From Thecamonas trahens ATCC 50062 (lineage: Eukaryota; Protista; Apusomonadida): 64,000 nucleotides of DNA. The notes under the pieces were generated by a model that was given only the letters and a program-made list of their open reading frames with translations, made no database searches and was not told where the DNA came from. Positions within the stretch are counted from its first letter, which is position 1. Each line of letters opens with the position of its first letter. A program made the position numbers and the translations under genes. This document shows positions 13,299 to 23,598 of the stretch, piece after piece. The stretch spans positions 186,001 to 250,000 of the forward strand of contig NW_013657677.1 of assembly GCF_000142905.1 (NCBI RefSeq). Reading direction: 5' to 3'.

Positions 13299-14974
13299 AT
13301 GCTGCTCAATCTCCCGCCCGAGGTCCTGACCTTCCATCTCTGTCGGTTTCTCGACCCGTATGCTCTGGTGGCTCTCTCGCGGACATGCCGTGGTCTGCGG
13401 TCGTGGGCGGCGTCGTCGCGGGGTCTGTGTCTCAAGCGGCTCTCTGGTGGGGCGACTGGTCTCTCCTACTCATGTGCTGCTGCAGATCCGGCTTCCGTTG
13501 TCCACGTTGACCGCGCAGCCCGTGGGACTGTCCTCATGCGCGCGGCTATCGCTTCGCTCACCGCCGACGATGCGCTCGCCGGCCCGCGCCCGCTTGTGGC
13601 CGATGGCGTCGTCCGCACGCCCAAGCAGCCGCTCTTTCCCACCTACGCCCCGCATCTGTTCCACAATCCGGAAGCACGACTCTCGCTCGCCTTTAAGCAT
13701 GTGTCCGACATGACGGTTGCAGGCCGTTACGACGTGTACGACGTTGTGGGCGATTCGGGCGTGGTGGCCTCGGTCGCGGTCGGCGCAAGATCAGTCCGCA
13801 ACAAGTACGGGTGCATGATCCGGAGACAAGAGTCGGCCTTTGGTGCGTTTGTCACCGCTACCCATGTCATTGTCGTCTGTGCCTCGTACGGCATCGCCGC
13901 CGTCCTGCCGTACACCGCCGGCGCAACTGCAGCCGACTACGACGGCGACGAAGTGCAGTACGTCAAGCTTGCGGCTGCATCGCCGTCGGCCATAGCTGTC
14001 GCCGGCCGTTACCTCGCGCTCGGCTTTGCCAACGGTGTTGTCCAAGTCATCGACACTGATCCCGAATCGCCGGCCTTCTTTGCGGATGCCACCACACGCG
14101 CCTCGTGGCCGCTCTTCCCCAAGGGCAACCCAGTCACCAACCTTGTCTTTTCCAGCGATGGCACCGAAGTCTTTGCCGCGTGCCCCAACGTTGGTGCTCG
14201 CCGCATCCCCCTCGCGGCCTTTCCGGTCCTCATCTGCTCGGCGCTCACCGGCCGCCAAAAGGCGCAAGCACGTGCCATGCAGACGAGCTACCCGTTGCCG
14301 CGAGCCATCGCAGGCTTGATCGTCCTCCCGACCTCTGTCGTGCTCTACGATCATGCCAAGGCCAGCCTTGTCGTTTTCGATGTCGAGACTGGAGGCGTTA
14401 AGCGGCGCCACAAGGTGCCGCACGCTGCTGGTCTCGAGCTGCGCAGCCTTACGTTTGACATCGACACGCGCCGGCTTGACCTTGTCGCCCGGACCGCAAT
14501 CCTCAGCGCAACCCTAGTCCCTGCGCATCAGCAGCCGACCGACGAATCTGAGGTCTTGGAGCCAGGATTGTCGGATCCGAATCCAGATCCCGAGCCGGTA
14601 GCTGCTGGGCCGAGCCGCAAGCGGCGGCGCGACGATGCCGACGCCGACGATGACACGAATGGGTCGCGGCCGACCAAGGCCCGCGACGGATCCGTCGATC
14701 CCGCCGCGGTGAGCCGGCCGAGCCGCGGGCGCTCGACGGCGTGATTTGCTGCCTCTCCAGCGTCTCGGAGCGCAAGGCTGTTCTCCAAACCGCCATTGTT
14801 GAGGCTGGCGGTCGAGTCACGGACCGAGTCACCGCCGGTGTCGATCTGCTCATCACCGACAGTGGCGCGGAGACCGCAAAGGCCCGCAAGGCAAACCAGC
14901 TCGGCATCGAGCGCCTCACCTCGGTCCAGCTCCGTGACCGCATCGCCAGCTTTGACCCATCACAGCAGGCATGA
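13299..14974 (+). CDS. F-box protein with WD40-like beta-propeller region and C-terminal BRCT domain (frameshift at ~14680-14710)
   Basis: LLNLPPEVLTFHLCRFLDPYALVALSRTCRGLR is an F-box. LALGFANGVVQVID and VTNLVFSSDGTEVFA are WD-like. The shifted frame LDGVICCLS...IVEAGGRVTDRVTAGVDLLIT...AKARKANQLGI is a ligase/RFC1-type BRCT. Confidence 0.7.
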
Positions 14975-15165
14975 TTGCGCCGACCAGCTAATACCTGCCG
15001 ATGGCCGTAAATGTAACGTCAGAACCAAGCACCAGAACCAGGCACCCGCGTGCGCATGCGTGCTTGGGACTTTGGGGGGGGGGGGGGGGGGGGGGGAAGG
15101 GCTTGCACCCGTCTTCCTCCCCCGTCCACCGCCCACTCGATTCTCTTTCACAAACACACATACTT

Positions 15166-17544
15166 ATGGTGTGGTGGGTGGTACCCACTAGTGTGTGGGC
15201 GTTGGGCTGGCTGGTTGTGGGCGTGGCGCTGCTTGGCGTTGTCTTTGGTGCCATGGACATGGAGAGAGCGTACTCGGTGACCATCAGGCTGCCCTTTATG
15301 GAGCGGAGCTTTAGGTTCAGCAAGCCAGCGCGAGGCGAGCGGGACAAGCAGACGTTGCTGGTGTATGCCTTTCTGCGATGGCACATGCTGGCCACGGTTT
15401 GCTTGCTGGTGGCCTCGGTCTCGCTCCTCGCGCCTCGGGCGCAAGCACACGAGTCGAACGCCGGAAAGCTGCTCGAGCTGGATGCACTGGCGGTGCAGAA
15501 CGCCATGCACGCGATCTACATCATTGGCTATGCAGCGCTCTTCTACCAGTCGCGGCTGCTCAAGTACTGGTACTTTCTGGCGCTGGCAGATGGCCTTGTT
15601 CTGGTGGCGGTGATCAAGCGACTCGCGTTGCTGGCCGTCGCGCGCGCCTGGGATTCGGATGAGGGTGCGGCCACCACTCTGGTGGCTCTTGCGTATGCCG
15701 CCACTTATTTGGCGTGCGTCTCGTCGGCACTCCGCGCGCACAATGTGCTCAAGCGGAGCATCGAAGCCGAGCCGACGCATGCGCGCGCTTTGTCCAGCTC
15801 GGACGATCCGAGCGGCGACCTGCTGCCGGGCCTCCCAGTGGGCTCGAGCGAGGGCGAGAGCGAGAGCGAGCAGCAAGCGAGCGACGACGAAGTGGCGCTG
15901 TTGTTGTCTGACACGAGTGCGGAGCCAAGCTCACCTCTGCTCTCATCTCCGCCGATTCTCTCGCCTTGCCAGCTGAGCTCAAGTGGCAGCTGCGAGACGG
16001 CAGACGTTGGAGCGACATCGACGGCGGCTGCTGCAGCGGCGGCGAGTCGGGTGGGAACGGCGCGGGCGCCTGTACTGGTGGCGCCGGAGGAGTTTGGCGT
16101 GATTGGAGTGGCCGCCGAGGATGCGCATGTTCAAGCGCTGCAGCCGTCGTGGGCGCTGATGGCAAGCTCGCGCATTGCACGGCAGTGTCTCTATGCCGAG
16201 CTCTGCGTCTCGATTGCCATGCAAGGAGGAAGCGTGGTGGCGGCGTGGGCGGATCCGCAACCACAGGCTGCGGCCTCGATGGCGCACTTTGTGGAAGACT
16301 ACACCGGCGGAATCCACCGGGCGTTGGTTTTGACCATGGCCATGTACGGGGCGCGGTACCTGCGGACCGAGCCGGCGCTCATGTACATGATGGCCAACGT
16401 CGTGCTTGCGCCGTCACTGGTGTTCCGGGCTCTCTCGTTCCTGGCTCAGTCATGGCAGCTCTCTGCTGCTGGGCTGGCCGGCCTTGCACTCTTTGGCGCG
16501 CTGGTCGGGGCCAAGCTGAGCGTAGTGTGGTCGCTGTTTGCGCTGCGGCGACGGCTGCTCCGGCACCCTGCCCCATCGGGCGAGCGGCTGTCTGGCGAGA
16601 TCTGGGGCGGCTCGCACCTCCATCCGCCGGGCACGTCGCTGCTGACGCTGGGTCGGGAGTCGGGTGCGCATCTGACGGCCGGCGGTGCTGTGGTGGTCGG
16701 CGGGGTGCTGTGGCTTGGTCACTGCCTGGCGCTGGTGAGCTTGCGCGGTGGTCTTGTCGGCCTTGTGCTTGCGGCCAACTTTGCGGCGCATGGCTTTGGT
16801 TGGTACGGATGGAGCATGTACCATGCGCCGCGGGTGCACCACGCTGTGCACTTTGTGTGGCGCAAGCGGTTTTACTCGACGCTTGCGCTCACGCTCTGCG
16901 TGCTCTCGGTTCTGCCGTTGGCTGGCTGGCTGCTGGCGGGCGCGCCGCGGAGCGGACTTGAACTCGCTAGCTACTGGTTGGTGCGGTCGGGAGCGTTTGC
17001 CGTCGCGGGCCTCGCACTGGCGGTGATGCGCAACGTGAGCGCCGGGCCGGCAGCCGAGCCGCTTGTGAACGACGACAGGCCGAGATCACTGGCGTTGGAC
17101 GCGCTGGATATGCGGCAGCGTGCTTGGTATGGCGCGAGCTCGTCTGCGGCGGCAGGCTTCCTGGGAGTCTTTGTAGTTGTGGTCATGTGCGCGTCCGGGG
17201 CGCTGGGCTGGTTGGAGGGCGGATGGTTGTCGACACTGGCCGAGGCCGAGCAGCACTCGGGTGCGTACGACCTGGCGTATCATTTTTGTCTCCTTGTGGG
17301 CGGCTTTGGAGTCCGCGGCGTGCTCTATTCGCACGATATGTCTCTGTATGGGACGGTGCTCGGCGGGTTGTGGGCGGCTGCGATTGCAGGATGGGGCTGT
17401 GGAGCCGGCCAGCTCGCAGCCGGGGCGCGGGTGTGTGTGGGAGGCATCGGACTGGCGGGGCTGGCGATGGCGGTGAGCCATGGGGTGCTGCAGCAGCGGG
17501 TGAGGCGCGCCGGGCGTGGCGTGGAGGGCGCGAGTGTGTGGTAG
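15166..17544 (+). CDS. Uncharacterised multipass membrane protein (~16-17 TM segments, apparently four 4-TM repeats)
   Basis: Long ORF with blocks of hydrophobic helices separated by Ser/acidic loops. The start codon is uncertain. Confidence 0.7.
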   Translation: MVWWVVPTSVWALGWLVVGVALLGVVFGAMDMERAYSVTIRLPFMERSFRFSKPARGERDKQTLLVYAFLRWHMLATVCLLVASVSLLAPRAQAHESNAGKLLELDALAVQNAMHAIYIIGYAALFYQSRLLKYWYFLALADGLVLVAVIKRLALLAVARAWDSDEGAATTLVALAYAATYLACVSSALRAHNVLKRSIEAEPTHARALSSSDDPSGDLLPGLPVGSSEGESESEQQASDDEVALLLSDTSAEPSSPLLSSPPILSPCQLSSSGSCETADVGATSTAAAAAAASRVGTARAPVLVAPEEFGVIGVAAEDAHVQALQPSWALMASSRIARQCLYAELCVSIAMQGGSVVAAWADPQPQAAASMAHFVEDYTGGIHRALVLTMAMYGARYLRTEPALMYMMANVVLAPSLVFRALSFLAQSWQLSAAGLAGLALFGALVGAKLSVVWSLFALRRRLLRHPAPSGERLSGEIWGGSHLHPPGTSLLTLGRESGAHLTAGGAVVVGGVLWLGHCLALVSLRGGLVGLVLAANFAAHGFGWYGWSMYHAPRVHHAVHFVWRKRFYSTLALTLCVLSVLPLAGWLLAGAPRSGLELASYWLVRSGAFAVAGLALAVMRNVSAGPAAEPLVNDDRPRSLALDALDMRQRAWYGASSSAAAGFLGVFVVVVMCASGALGWLEGGWLSTLAEAEQHSGAYDLAYHFCLLVGGFGVRGVLYSHDMSLYGTVLGGLWAAAIAGWGCGAGQLAAGARVCVGGIGLAGLAMAVSHGVLQQRVRRAGRGVEGASVW

Positions 17545-17552
17545 TGTTTGTT

Positions 17553-18131
17553 TCAGTCTTCGGACGCGCCGTCGGGGGCGGAGAACCCGTACTCGGCCTT
17601 GTTGTGCATGATGAGCTCACCGTTGACGAAATAAAACGAGTCGCTCTTGGTGTGGTAAGGGGCAGCGATCATGGCGGCCTCCTCGTCGGGCGTGAGCTGC
17701 GGCATCTCGTAGATGACCTCCCACGAGTTGGTCGAGTTAGGGATGCAGAAGCCAAAGTTAAAGTCAAACGACTTGAGCAGCTTGTCGCCAAAGTAATGGC
17801 GTTCAATCATGCGAAAGTTGGGCACCGGCTCGGGGCCGACGGAAAAGGTGAGGGCGGTGCCGATGGTCTTGTAGCGGAGAAAGGCAGCGCCAAAGTCGTA
17901 CGAGACAAAGCGGCCCGAGTTGTCGCCCTCGACGGGCGGCGGCAGAACGAGATCGTCCGGCTTGCGCATGTTGAACAAGACAGCGCCCGAGTCGAGGTCG
18001 CGGATCTTGAACTCGATAAACTCAATCCCGTAGACGTTGGCGGAATGTGGGCAAAGATAGCCCTGCGTCGCCTCGTTGTACCCGAGCACCTCGTCGGGCG
18101 TGATCGCCCGCCAGTCGCCGTAGTCGCCCAT
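17553..18131 (-). CDS. UNC119: UNC119 (PDE-delta family myristoyl-cargo carrier for ciliary trafficking)
   Basis: YLCPHSANVYGIEFIEFKIRD, NFRMIERHYF, SFDFNFGFCIPNSTNSWE, SDSFYFVNGELIMHNKAEY. Confidence 0.96.
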   Translation of the reverse strand: MGDYGDWRAITPDEVLGYNEATQGYLCPHSANVYGIEFIEFKIRDLDSGAVLFNMRKPDDLVLPPPVEGDNSGRFVSYDFGAAFLRYKTIGTALTFSVGPEPVPNFRMIERHYFGDKLLKSFDFNFGFCIPNSTNSWEVIYEMPQLTPDEEAAMIAAPYHTKSDSFYFVNGELIMHNKAEYGFSAPDGASED

Positions 18132-18514
18132 GTTCTCCGTCACCTGCCGCGGCCGTGCCTGCTTCTAGGAGTGTTCCGCCCCGTCTGCGACTCCTTCCAA
18201 ACCTTTCCCGTTGGGGTGTTTGAGTGGAGTGTGGTGGGGGCTGACTTTTCCGCTGTTGACCTCGTTTGGGAAGGTGTGAGGCCGAGGGGAAGGAGGGGGG
18301 GAGGGGAGGGGAGGAGGGGGGGGGGGCGCCCCTGTCCCCTCAGCCACGCGCCGCCCAACAATAACGATTGATGACAAATGAAATGAATGATTACATCAAC
18401 GTCAACAATTGTTGTGGCCAGCCATCAACGATTCTAACGATAATGTGAACGATGACAATCGCTGTTGCGGAGCCAAGCAAGTGGTTTGCTAGACTTGTCG
18501 CTGGATCCCAGGCT

Positions 18515-19753
18515 ATGTCACGTCCTGAACCCCCACCGCCACCCGGATACACCGGACATGTGTCCCGGCTTGACGTACGTCCACGCTCTTCTACACCCCT
18601 ATCCTGGCCTTACTTCCAGCCCCCCCCCCCTCCTTTCCCTCCTTCTCCACAGGCACACTTTGGTGCGTCGTACGGGCGGACGATGCGGCAGCTGTCGCAG
18701 AAGGCGCCGGCGGCAGCGGGCGGATACGGAGCGAGCCGGCGGTCGCGGCCGGTGGTCACGCCGGTCAACAACGCATCGAACCGGAGGTCTCTGGTGGCGG
18801 CGCTGGTGGAGGCCGAATACGAGCCGCCTCCGGGAGGGGCGGCAAAGTCGTCGATCCAAGAGAACAGAGTCGGGCATCCGCTCAAGTCTGGCTACACTGG
18901 ATACGTGCCGCGGGCCAAGAACCATCACTTTGGCGAGACCTTTGGCGCAGCCACCTATCGGGCCTTGGCAGAGTCTGAGCAGATTCGCCGCAAGACACAG
19001 GCCGAGCGCAACCTCTTTGCCACGTACGCTGTTCAGCGATCGGGTGTGGCTGGGACCCGCCGCACAGGCGCCTCGGCGGCCTCACTGCGCAACCCCTACG
19101 CGTCGACCTCGCTCTCGTATCGCCCGCTTCAGGTCGCAGACTACTCGCTCCGCACCCTTGATGAGCTCGGCGCTACCCGCGGGCCGACCGAGGCTGCCGC
19201 CGATGGCAGCAAGAGCGAGGGCAAGGGGGAAGACGCAGACGACGGCGCTACCCCACCGCCGGCGGCCCAGGCCGGCGACGACGAGCCGCAGGGCTTCGAC
19301 CTGGCCGCCGCCCGGCAGGTCGGCAACACCGCGTCGGCCGCCAAGCGTTCCAAGCCCGGCTTTGACATGAACGCCATGGCCACGTCGCCGTACCGACTCC
19401 CGCGCGGCCATCCGCAAAAGTACTTTATCCCGGCCTACACTGGCTACGTGCCCGCCGCCCAGAACCAGATCGGCAAGAACTTTTCCGACACCACCCGCGC
19501 TGCTCTTGAGGAGTTTGCCGACGACTGCGACGTCAACGAGACCATCCGCCAGTCGACCACTCCGGCGCTGGTCCACTCAATCCGATCGTCGTACTACACC
19601 GGCGGCGTTGCTCGCCCGCCGCCGCGCCCGGCCCAGCCCTACGTCCGCCCTGTTCCGGGCGCCACCGTTCATGTCCCCAACGCCATCCACACCATCGGGG
19701 TCACCTACGGCTCGCTCGTGGCCGAGCCGTCGGACCAGAGTGTGTGCACGTAG
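18515..19753 (+). CDS. FAM166/CIMIP2-like ciliary microtubule inner protein; 78-nt intron 18575-18652
   Basis: Four PGYTGHVP-type repeats (PGYTGHVS, SGYTGYVP, PAYTGYVP, PGATVHVP), each followed by a (F/I)GxxY/F motif. In-frame GTACGT...CAG intron. Confidence 0.7.
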   Translation: MSRPEPPPPPGYTGHVSRLDVRPRSSTPLSWPYFQPPPPPFPPSPQAHFGASYGRTMRQLSQKAPAAAGGYGASRRSRPVVTPVNNASNRRSLVAALVEAEYEPPPGGAAKSSIQENRVGHPLKSGYTGYVPRAKNHHFGETFGAATYRALAESEQIRRKTQAERNLFATYAVQRSGVAGTRRTGASAASLRNPYASTSLSYRPLQVADYSLRTLDELGATRGPTEAAADGSKSEGKGEDADDGATPPPAAQAGDDEPQGFDLAAARQVGNTASAAKRSKPGFDMNAMATSPYRLPRGHPQKYFIPAYTGYVPAAQNQIGKNFSDTTRAALEEFADDCDVNETIRQSTTPALVHSIRSSYYTGGVARPPPRPAQPYVRPVPGATVHVPNAIHTIGVTYGSLVAEPSDQSVCT

Positions 19754-19807
19754 TGCAAGAGTACCACCCCTCCTCCCTCCTTCCCCACTTTCCCTATTGA
19801 AGTCATT

Positions 19808-22800
19808 TCAAGGCGGCGCTGGCAGCCGCACGTCGTGCTTGGTTAGGCCGCGGACCCGGCCAGCCGGCGCGACAATGCGCTGGAGCGAGGCGGCATCGGA
19901 TGCACAGTTGGGGCAAGCGTTGCCGATGCGGCGCATGCAGCCGATGTGGAAGAGGGCATTGCAGTCCTCGCATCGGTACGCGTGCGGTTCGTCGAATGGA
20001 TACAGCGGACGCGCGTCGCAGAGACTGCACGTCATCGCAAGCGCCGAGCACCGCGGGCAGGAGGCAACGTGCTCAAGGACCTTGTCACGGACAGCGATCA
20101 TCCGCCGCATCAACGAGCCGTCGGTCGACGCCAGCAGATCGGCGAGCGAGTACAGGTCGGGGTCAGAGACGAGGTGCGGCGCGTCGTCAACCATGTCGTC
20201 GACCGCCGCAGCTACGCCCGAGGTGCAGGTCGTCAGGAACGAGCGCATCTCTTTCAGCAGCGAGCGGTAGTGGCGGAGCGAGGATAGCGGCTTGGAGAGC
20301 GAGTACAGTGACGAGTTGATGGCAGCAATGTCAAATGCGGGCTCGTCGGCGACCGAGTCCAGAAACTGCGCAGCGAGCGCACTGATCGGGTACGAATGGG
20401 TGTCGAATCGCGCCAGTAGCTTCGCTGGAATGATCGAGGAGCAGCTCCCGCCGCCGGCAGGCGTCCAACACCCGACAGCCGAGCACAAGTATCGGCCAAA
20501 GTAGGTGCAGAGTCTGCCAGACGCCTTGCGCCGCAGCAGGCCGGCCCGTTGTCCAAGCGCGGTGCCGCATCCGTAGCACTGGATCGCCCGCGCCTCGGCC
20601 TCGGGTGGCTCCTCGTAGACGATGATGCGCAGCCGCGGCGGGGTCCAGGCCCGCGGCCGTGAGCTGCTACGGCCGTCAGGAGGCGCCACTGGTGACGTCG
20701 CCTGCGGCATGGCCGACCGCGACCCGGCTCGCAGCGCGCGCTCGAGCGACGGTAGCGGGAGGAGCGGGCAGATCGAAAAGAAGCCCGCAAGCGCTTTGCT
20801 CGTCACCTGCGCTGGCGTGGCAGCGTCGAGGCTTGATGGCGCAAGGATTCGCGATGTCAGCGCGTCCATCATCTGTACCTCCGAGTTGGCGGCTGTGAGA
20901 AGCAGCGGCTCGCGGGCGAGCGCCAACGGCTTGGCGCGCCGCCGCGACCGGACAGCAACTGACGACGCATTAGACGAGTGGACTCCTGTCCGGCCACCGA
21001 CCGACGGCGTGGGAAGGTTGAGCGTCCGCAGCTCGGACGTGAGCCACTCGTCGTCAAACTCGAGTTGGAGACCAGCGTCGTTGCCCTCGGCGCTCTCGTC
21101 AACCTCGGTGCTTGTCGCCTGGTCAACTTCGCTCTCCCTGCTCGCCGCACTCGGTCGAACTGCCGCCGCCCCTGCCGCATCGCTCTCTCCAAAGTCCCAC
21201 AGAGACTCGAGAAACGACGAGATGTTGCTCGACTCTGCGGATCCAGGGTCCAGCACCGGCTCGGGCGTTGGATCGGAAGGTCTTGGCATTTTGGCCGGAC
21301 TCTGCACAGCGCTGGGCGTCTCCGCCGGTGACTCGCTGGCGAGCAACGACTCGACCCGCGCGAGCAGGGCCGATGTTGACGCCGCCAGTGCCGGCACCGT
21401 GGGCGACTCTGCAGCGCCATCAGCGGCGAGCAAAGTCTCGGGTTGTGTGCCGAGTTCGTTGGGCGTGAGGGAGGGTGTGTGGTCGAAGGAAATGCCTGGT
21501 TCGGGCACAATGGCATTGTCCGGTTCGGACACGACGGTATCGACATCGTCTGGTTCAGGCGCGGCGACATCGGCGTCGGCATCGTCTGATTTCGGCGCGG
21601 TGACGTCGGCGTCGGCATCGTCTGATTTCGGCGCGGTGACATCGGCATCGGCATCGTCTGATTCTGGCTCAGCGGCAACAACACTGTCCAGATCGGGCGC
21701 GGCAACATCGGCATCGTCTGGTTCGGGCACGATATCATCATCCGACCCAGGCAGCGTATCATCGGGCACGTCACCACCGCTGCTCATGGCGTCAATGTAG
21801 GCGAGCGGGTCGATACGGGTCGACGGATCACGATACTTGGTGTAGACCGAGTCGGCATCGTCGGCGGCAACCTTGGCGGCGGCAGCCTTGGAGGCAGCGG
21901 CAGCTCGCGCCAGATGCGCAGCAAGCGTGGGGTTGGGCCGCGGTCCGCCTTCCTCGGCTGGCTCAGGCTCGGGCTCGCCCACAGTGAGGATCGGTGGCGC
22001 AGGAGTGAGTGCAGACGGCGGAGCGTTGCGCAGCGCTTCACCCTTGCGGTTGGCAGGCCGAATGACGGCCACCGACGAGGCCGGCGCCTCGGCCGAGTTG
22101 CGGCTGTTCCCTCCGGCCCGTGACTTTTTGCCTTTGCGCTTGCGGCGGCGAGTCCGCCCGGACGAGCCTGACGAGCCGGGCTTGCGCGGCGAGGGCTGGG
22201 CCTCGCGGTCCTTTCGCGCCGCCAGCGCTGGCGAGAGCACAGCCTGCGGCGTCGGCGATGGAGAGCGACCAGGCGTCGTCTCGACCTCAAACATGATGTT
22301 GGACACAACAGTCTTTTCCGCAGGCCGCTCAAACTCTTCAAACTGTACGTCGAGCATGTCCAGATCAAAGTTGAGCGCCTTGAGCGGGACCACAAACGAG
22401 ACCAGGAGCGGCGCATGCTCCGGAGATGCCATTAGCGCATGCGGCTCGTAGTACGTCTGAATTCCGTCTGGCACGTCCAGCAGCGCCTGCAGATACTCGT
22501 CCAGCGAGCCCTCCACCAGCGCATACTTGATCAGCGCCCGGACCCGATCCGCATCTGTCTTTAGCAGCTCGAGCGACCGGATGGTCTGAATGGCCGCCGT
22601 CCCGCGCGCCCCATCGCACACCTCCAACTGCGCCAGAAACGCCCACAGCAGCGGCGCTCCTTTGCGCTTGAACCGGCTGGCTGGCACCGCGTCTGTGTCG
22701 TCCCGCCGCAGCACATGTGAGCCAAGCGCATTTCCCCTCCCCCCCCCCCTCTCCCCACACGCCCTATCTGAGCAACCTACGCTTGATTCCGTGCGAGAGG

Positions 22801-22955
22801 ATCTGCTCGAGAGCCACACAGAGATTGCGTAGCAGCGGATGTGCGTCGACGACGCTGGTGTGCTTGCCGCTACCCGAGGCGTGGCTCTTGAGCATCATGT
22901 TGACCAGGCCACGGAGGCTCGTCAGCAGCATGTCATGCCCACTCTTACTCTCCAT
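19808..22955 (-). CDS. RUN domain + Rubicon-homology (DUF4206) protein, PLEKHM1/Rubicon family; intron 22681-22780
   Basis: LCVALEQILSHGIK|PSRF...LWAFL...VRALIKYAL...YYEPHALM is a RUN domain. C-terminal CYGC...RLCTYFGRYLC...IIPA...HVASCPRC...CSLC...CEDCNALFHIGC...CPNC is the RH zinc-binding domain. Confidence 0.85.
21530..21745 (-). repeat. 36-nt coding tandem repeat (DDADADVTAPKS) in the acidic linker of the RUN-RH protein
   Basis: Repeated unit gtcggcatcgtctgatttcggcgcggtgac; about 3 close copies plus degenerate flanks. Confidence 0.85.
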
Positions 22956-23269
22956 GCTTGCCTGCTCCCGCCTCCCTCCACCTTGTGCGCCTCTTCCACC
23001 TCTTTGCAAAAGAGTGCAGTGAGTCCCCTCCCCCTCCCTCCCCTCCCTCCCGCGTCTTGCCCTCGCCGCCCTCGCCGTGGTTGGCTGTCTCGCACTCGCC
23101 GCACCCGACGAGGCGTCAATGGCCGCCAATGAGAGCTATTGGCGCGATGGCTCTCATGATGGCGATCTTGGGGCCCAGCGGCTACCTACAATATTGCTCT
23201 ACTCTCGAGCCCGCACCCCACCCCTCACCCCTCCCTCTGCAGCTACTTGTCTGGTTCTTGTCCGACCGC

Positions 23270-23294
23270 ATCGATCACGATCACGATCATAATC

Positions 23295-23335
<41 letters not shown>

Positions 23336-23360
23336 AGCAATATCGATAGTGATCATGACT
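23270..23360. repeat. (GATCAC)n/(GATGAC)n hexamer microsatellite in the divergent intergenic region
   Basis: Seen directly; a second GATCAC block lies at 23496-23530. Confidence 0.85.
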
Positions 23361-23598
23361 GCGGTCACACCCCTGCAAGGAGCACAATTGTGAACTGAAC
23401 GCCAACCCCACAACCAGCACTACAACCACGATACCCCGCTTCCCTCCCTCCCTCCCCCGCCCGCCGCCCACAACCGTCGTCAACGTCAGCGTCAGATCAT
23501 GATCACGATCACGATCACGATCACGATGACCCAGCCCACCTCCTACCCCCTGCCAAGCCCATATCTCCTCACACCTCACCCGCGTTCCTGGACTGGCC

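Noticed and set aside
21530-21745. CRISPR-like 36-nt repeats
   Set aside because: Directly tandem without unique spacers, in-frame coding, in a eukaryotic gene, and no cas genes are present.
22958-23398. ORF with a poly-Asp tract
   Set aside because: Arises from the GATCAC/GATGAC microsatellite in the divergent promoter; no coding signal.
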